A DNA stretch of 63,501 bases, the filler included, from Sluysia triapertura (lineage: Eukaryota): assembly GCA_046118255.1 (NCBI GenBank). It is 5 parts of 5 records of this genome, joined end to end, with 100 filler letters (N's around TTAATTAATTAA, not from the genome) between each part and the next. Parts side by side here need not be neighbours in the genome. Positions count along the whole stretch, not along the records: positions 50,806 to 63,501 come from JBJNIA010089460.1; 4 more parts are not named here. One strand, given 5' to 3'. The notes beneath the pieces are model-generated. The model was given only the letters and a program-made list of their open reading frames with translations. It was not told the origin of the DNA and did no database searches. The number at the start of each line of letters is the position of its first letter. Within the stretch, counting starts at the first letter, position 1. Shown piece after piece: positions 61,938 through 63,501 of the stretch. The translations under genes were made by a program, and so were the position numbers.

Positions 61938-63180
61938 CATTTAAACGGTCAAGATTTATATCCGAATTGTAAGTTACGAGTAGAATTTTCTCGTCATGCT
62001 GCGGAATCGCTTCAAATTCAACGCCAGAATGACAAATGTCGTGATTATGTTCTAACTCCTATAAAAAGTGAAGAACAAATTATTTTGGACATGCTAGATT
62101 CTGCTGAAGCTGCAGCTTTAGCGGCAGCAAGCCTAACCAATTCGATTCCCCAAACAACAGGAATTCACGTACCTATAGCAATTGTGCTAATACGAATAAT
62201 CAACAACAAAATTATTTAGTCCCGACGCAGTTGCAACAAATTATACGTACATACCCCAACTGTCACTCCACAGTTGACAGTTCAGTGGCAAACCCAGGAA
62301 ATCAGTCCAATCCTACTGTTCTGCATTTTTCCGTTACGGCTCCTCCCTTTCAAGTAACAGCAACTCCACTTTCTATTTCTTCACAGACAACACAAAATCC
62401 TTTATACACAACTACTCGAGTTCCTCCAACTTCAACAGGAGTTGTTTCAAATGGGTCCTCCACCACCTCCTACACCTCAAATGGAACAACATGCACGAAA
62501 TACGCTCAATTCTTTATTAAACCAATGTGCAATACCTCAAACTGTCTACAACAGTCATGTTTTGCAAGCACCAAATAATTTCACTTTTTATGCAAATTTA
62601 CAAATAAATACAGATCAACAGCAACAGCAACAACAAGATCAATATTCTGTCCAAATAATTATAGAAAGCTTTAATTCAACTAGCGTATATGGTGAAGTTA
62701 ATAAAATTTCTTTATTTCCAAAAGGTTATAATTCTGCTGTTGTATATATGAAATCTGCTAAAGAAACTAATAAAGTCATTCAAATGTTGGACAAAGCCCA
62801 ACTTTACGGTCAAAACATATCATTGGTATTATCACCTCCCGAAATATGTACGGAAATCCAATCAAAATTGCTCAAAATTTCAAATTCTTCAATATATAAT
62901 CAAAAATTTTTTTAGTTCATGTTCCTTTCCTCCTGATTCGAGACTGAGATTGACAATTTACCACTATTTATCAAGATATTCTAATATTAATCAAATTCTA
63001 ACATGTTCTAAACTAGCTTCAGTTACTATGGATAGTACAGAATCTGCAGCTATCAACATAATGATGCTCAACAATAAATTGCTTGGCAATCACAACAATA
63101 GCAATCAGAATGCAGCAACAACAGCATCAAAATCACTGTCCACATGCCAATTACTATATATTGAATTTGATGGTATATAG
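61938..63180 (+). pseudogene. PTB/hnRNP-L family RRM protein, RRM2 end to RRM4, disrupted by frameshifts, stops and deletions
   Basis: After cacag| : HLNGQDLYPNCKLRVEFSR...NDKCRDY (RRM2 end, cf. LDGQNIYNACCTLRIDFSK...NDKSRDY); VYGEVNKI...SAVVYM...LYGQNISLVLS (RRM3); FPPDSRLRLT (cf. FPPSATLHLS); LASVTMDSTESA...LNNKLLG...LYIEF (RRM4). In-frame TAG at 62217, frameshift in the T7 run at 62907-62913, and helix-1 segments missing from RRM3 and RRM4. Confidence 0.85.
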
Positions 63181-63501
63181 ATTTATATAGACTTATTATC
63201 ATTATCTTGATAAAAATAATAATAATATAGGTTTAAAATTTTGTGGTTTTACATTTCTATATATCTTAGATGTGATTTGAAATGAATTTTTACATTGTTC
63301 TTTCTATTTTTATGATTGCACATAACTTTATAAATTAATTTAAATATATTTATTTATTTATTATTACAATAAATTTAAATTTACATCAATGGAAGAAGAT
63401 CTCATATAACACCCAGTCTCAAATAATTACATTGGTTGCCAATAAAAGCAAGAATAGAATTTAAAATCATGACAATAATTTACAAATGCTTACATTACGG
63501 A

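Overview
This is very AT-rich (roughly 75-80% by eye), intron-containing animal nuclear DNA, not prokaryotic. It consists of five contigs joined by identical 100-nt spacers (N44-TTAATTAATTAA-N44), so adjacency across spacers is unproven. The only intact gene I can support is a + strand tolloid/BMP1 metalloprotease. Six exons (15977-26323) splice in frame and encode the furin site, the full astacin domain ([16 protein letters not shown]) and CUB1, and the gene runs off the contig end. The rest holds unusually many decayed host-gene copies about 1-1.3 kb long: otoferlin C2A, the EVI1/PRDM3-16 zinc-finger cluster, PTB/hnRNP-L RRM2-4, a CCCH-finger gene, a probable fibrillar collagen and several unidentified pieces. 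These are mixed with transposon relics (Tc2/pogo-type MITE pair, piggyBac, Chapaev3, DD41D/DD37D mariner, Polinton-like polB, LINE), a tRNA-like repeat and (AAT/ATT)n microsatellites. The most interesting leads are the pseudogene cluster, an inverted MITE pair bracketing exactly the tolloid catalytic exons, a covarying hairpin repeat family, a tRNA-like Pol III unit with a conserved upstream leader, and complementary (AAT)n/(ATT)n tracts abutting a splice acceptor. All homology calls come from manual translation and remembered family motifs; no searches were run. Most of the short ORFs in the supplied track are spurious.
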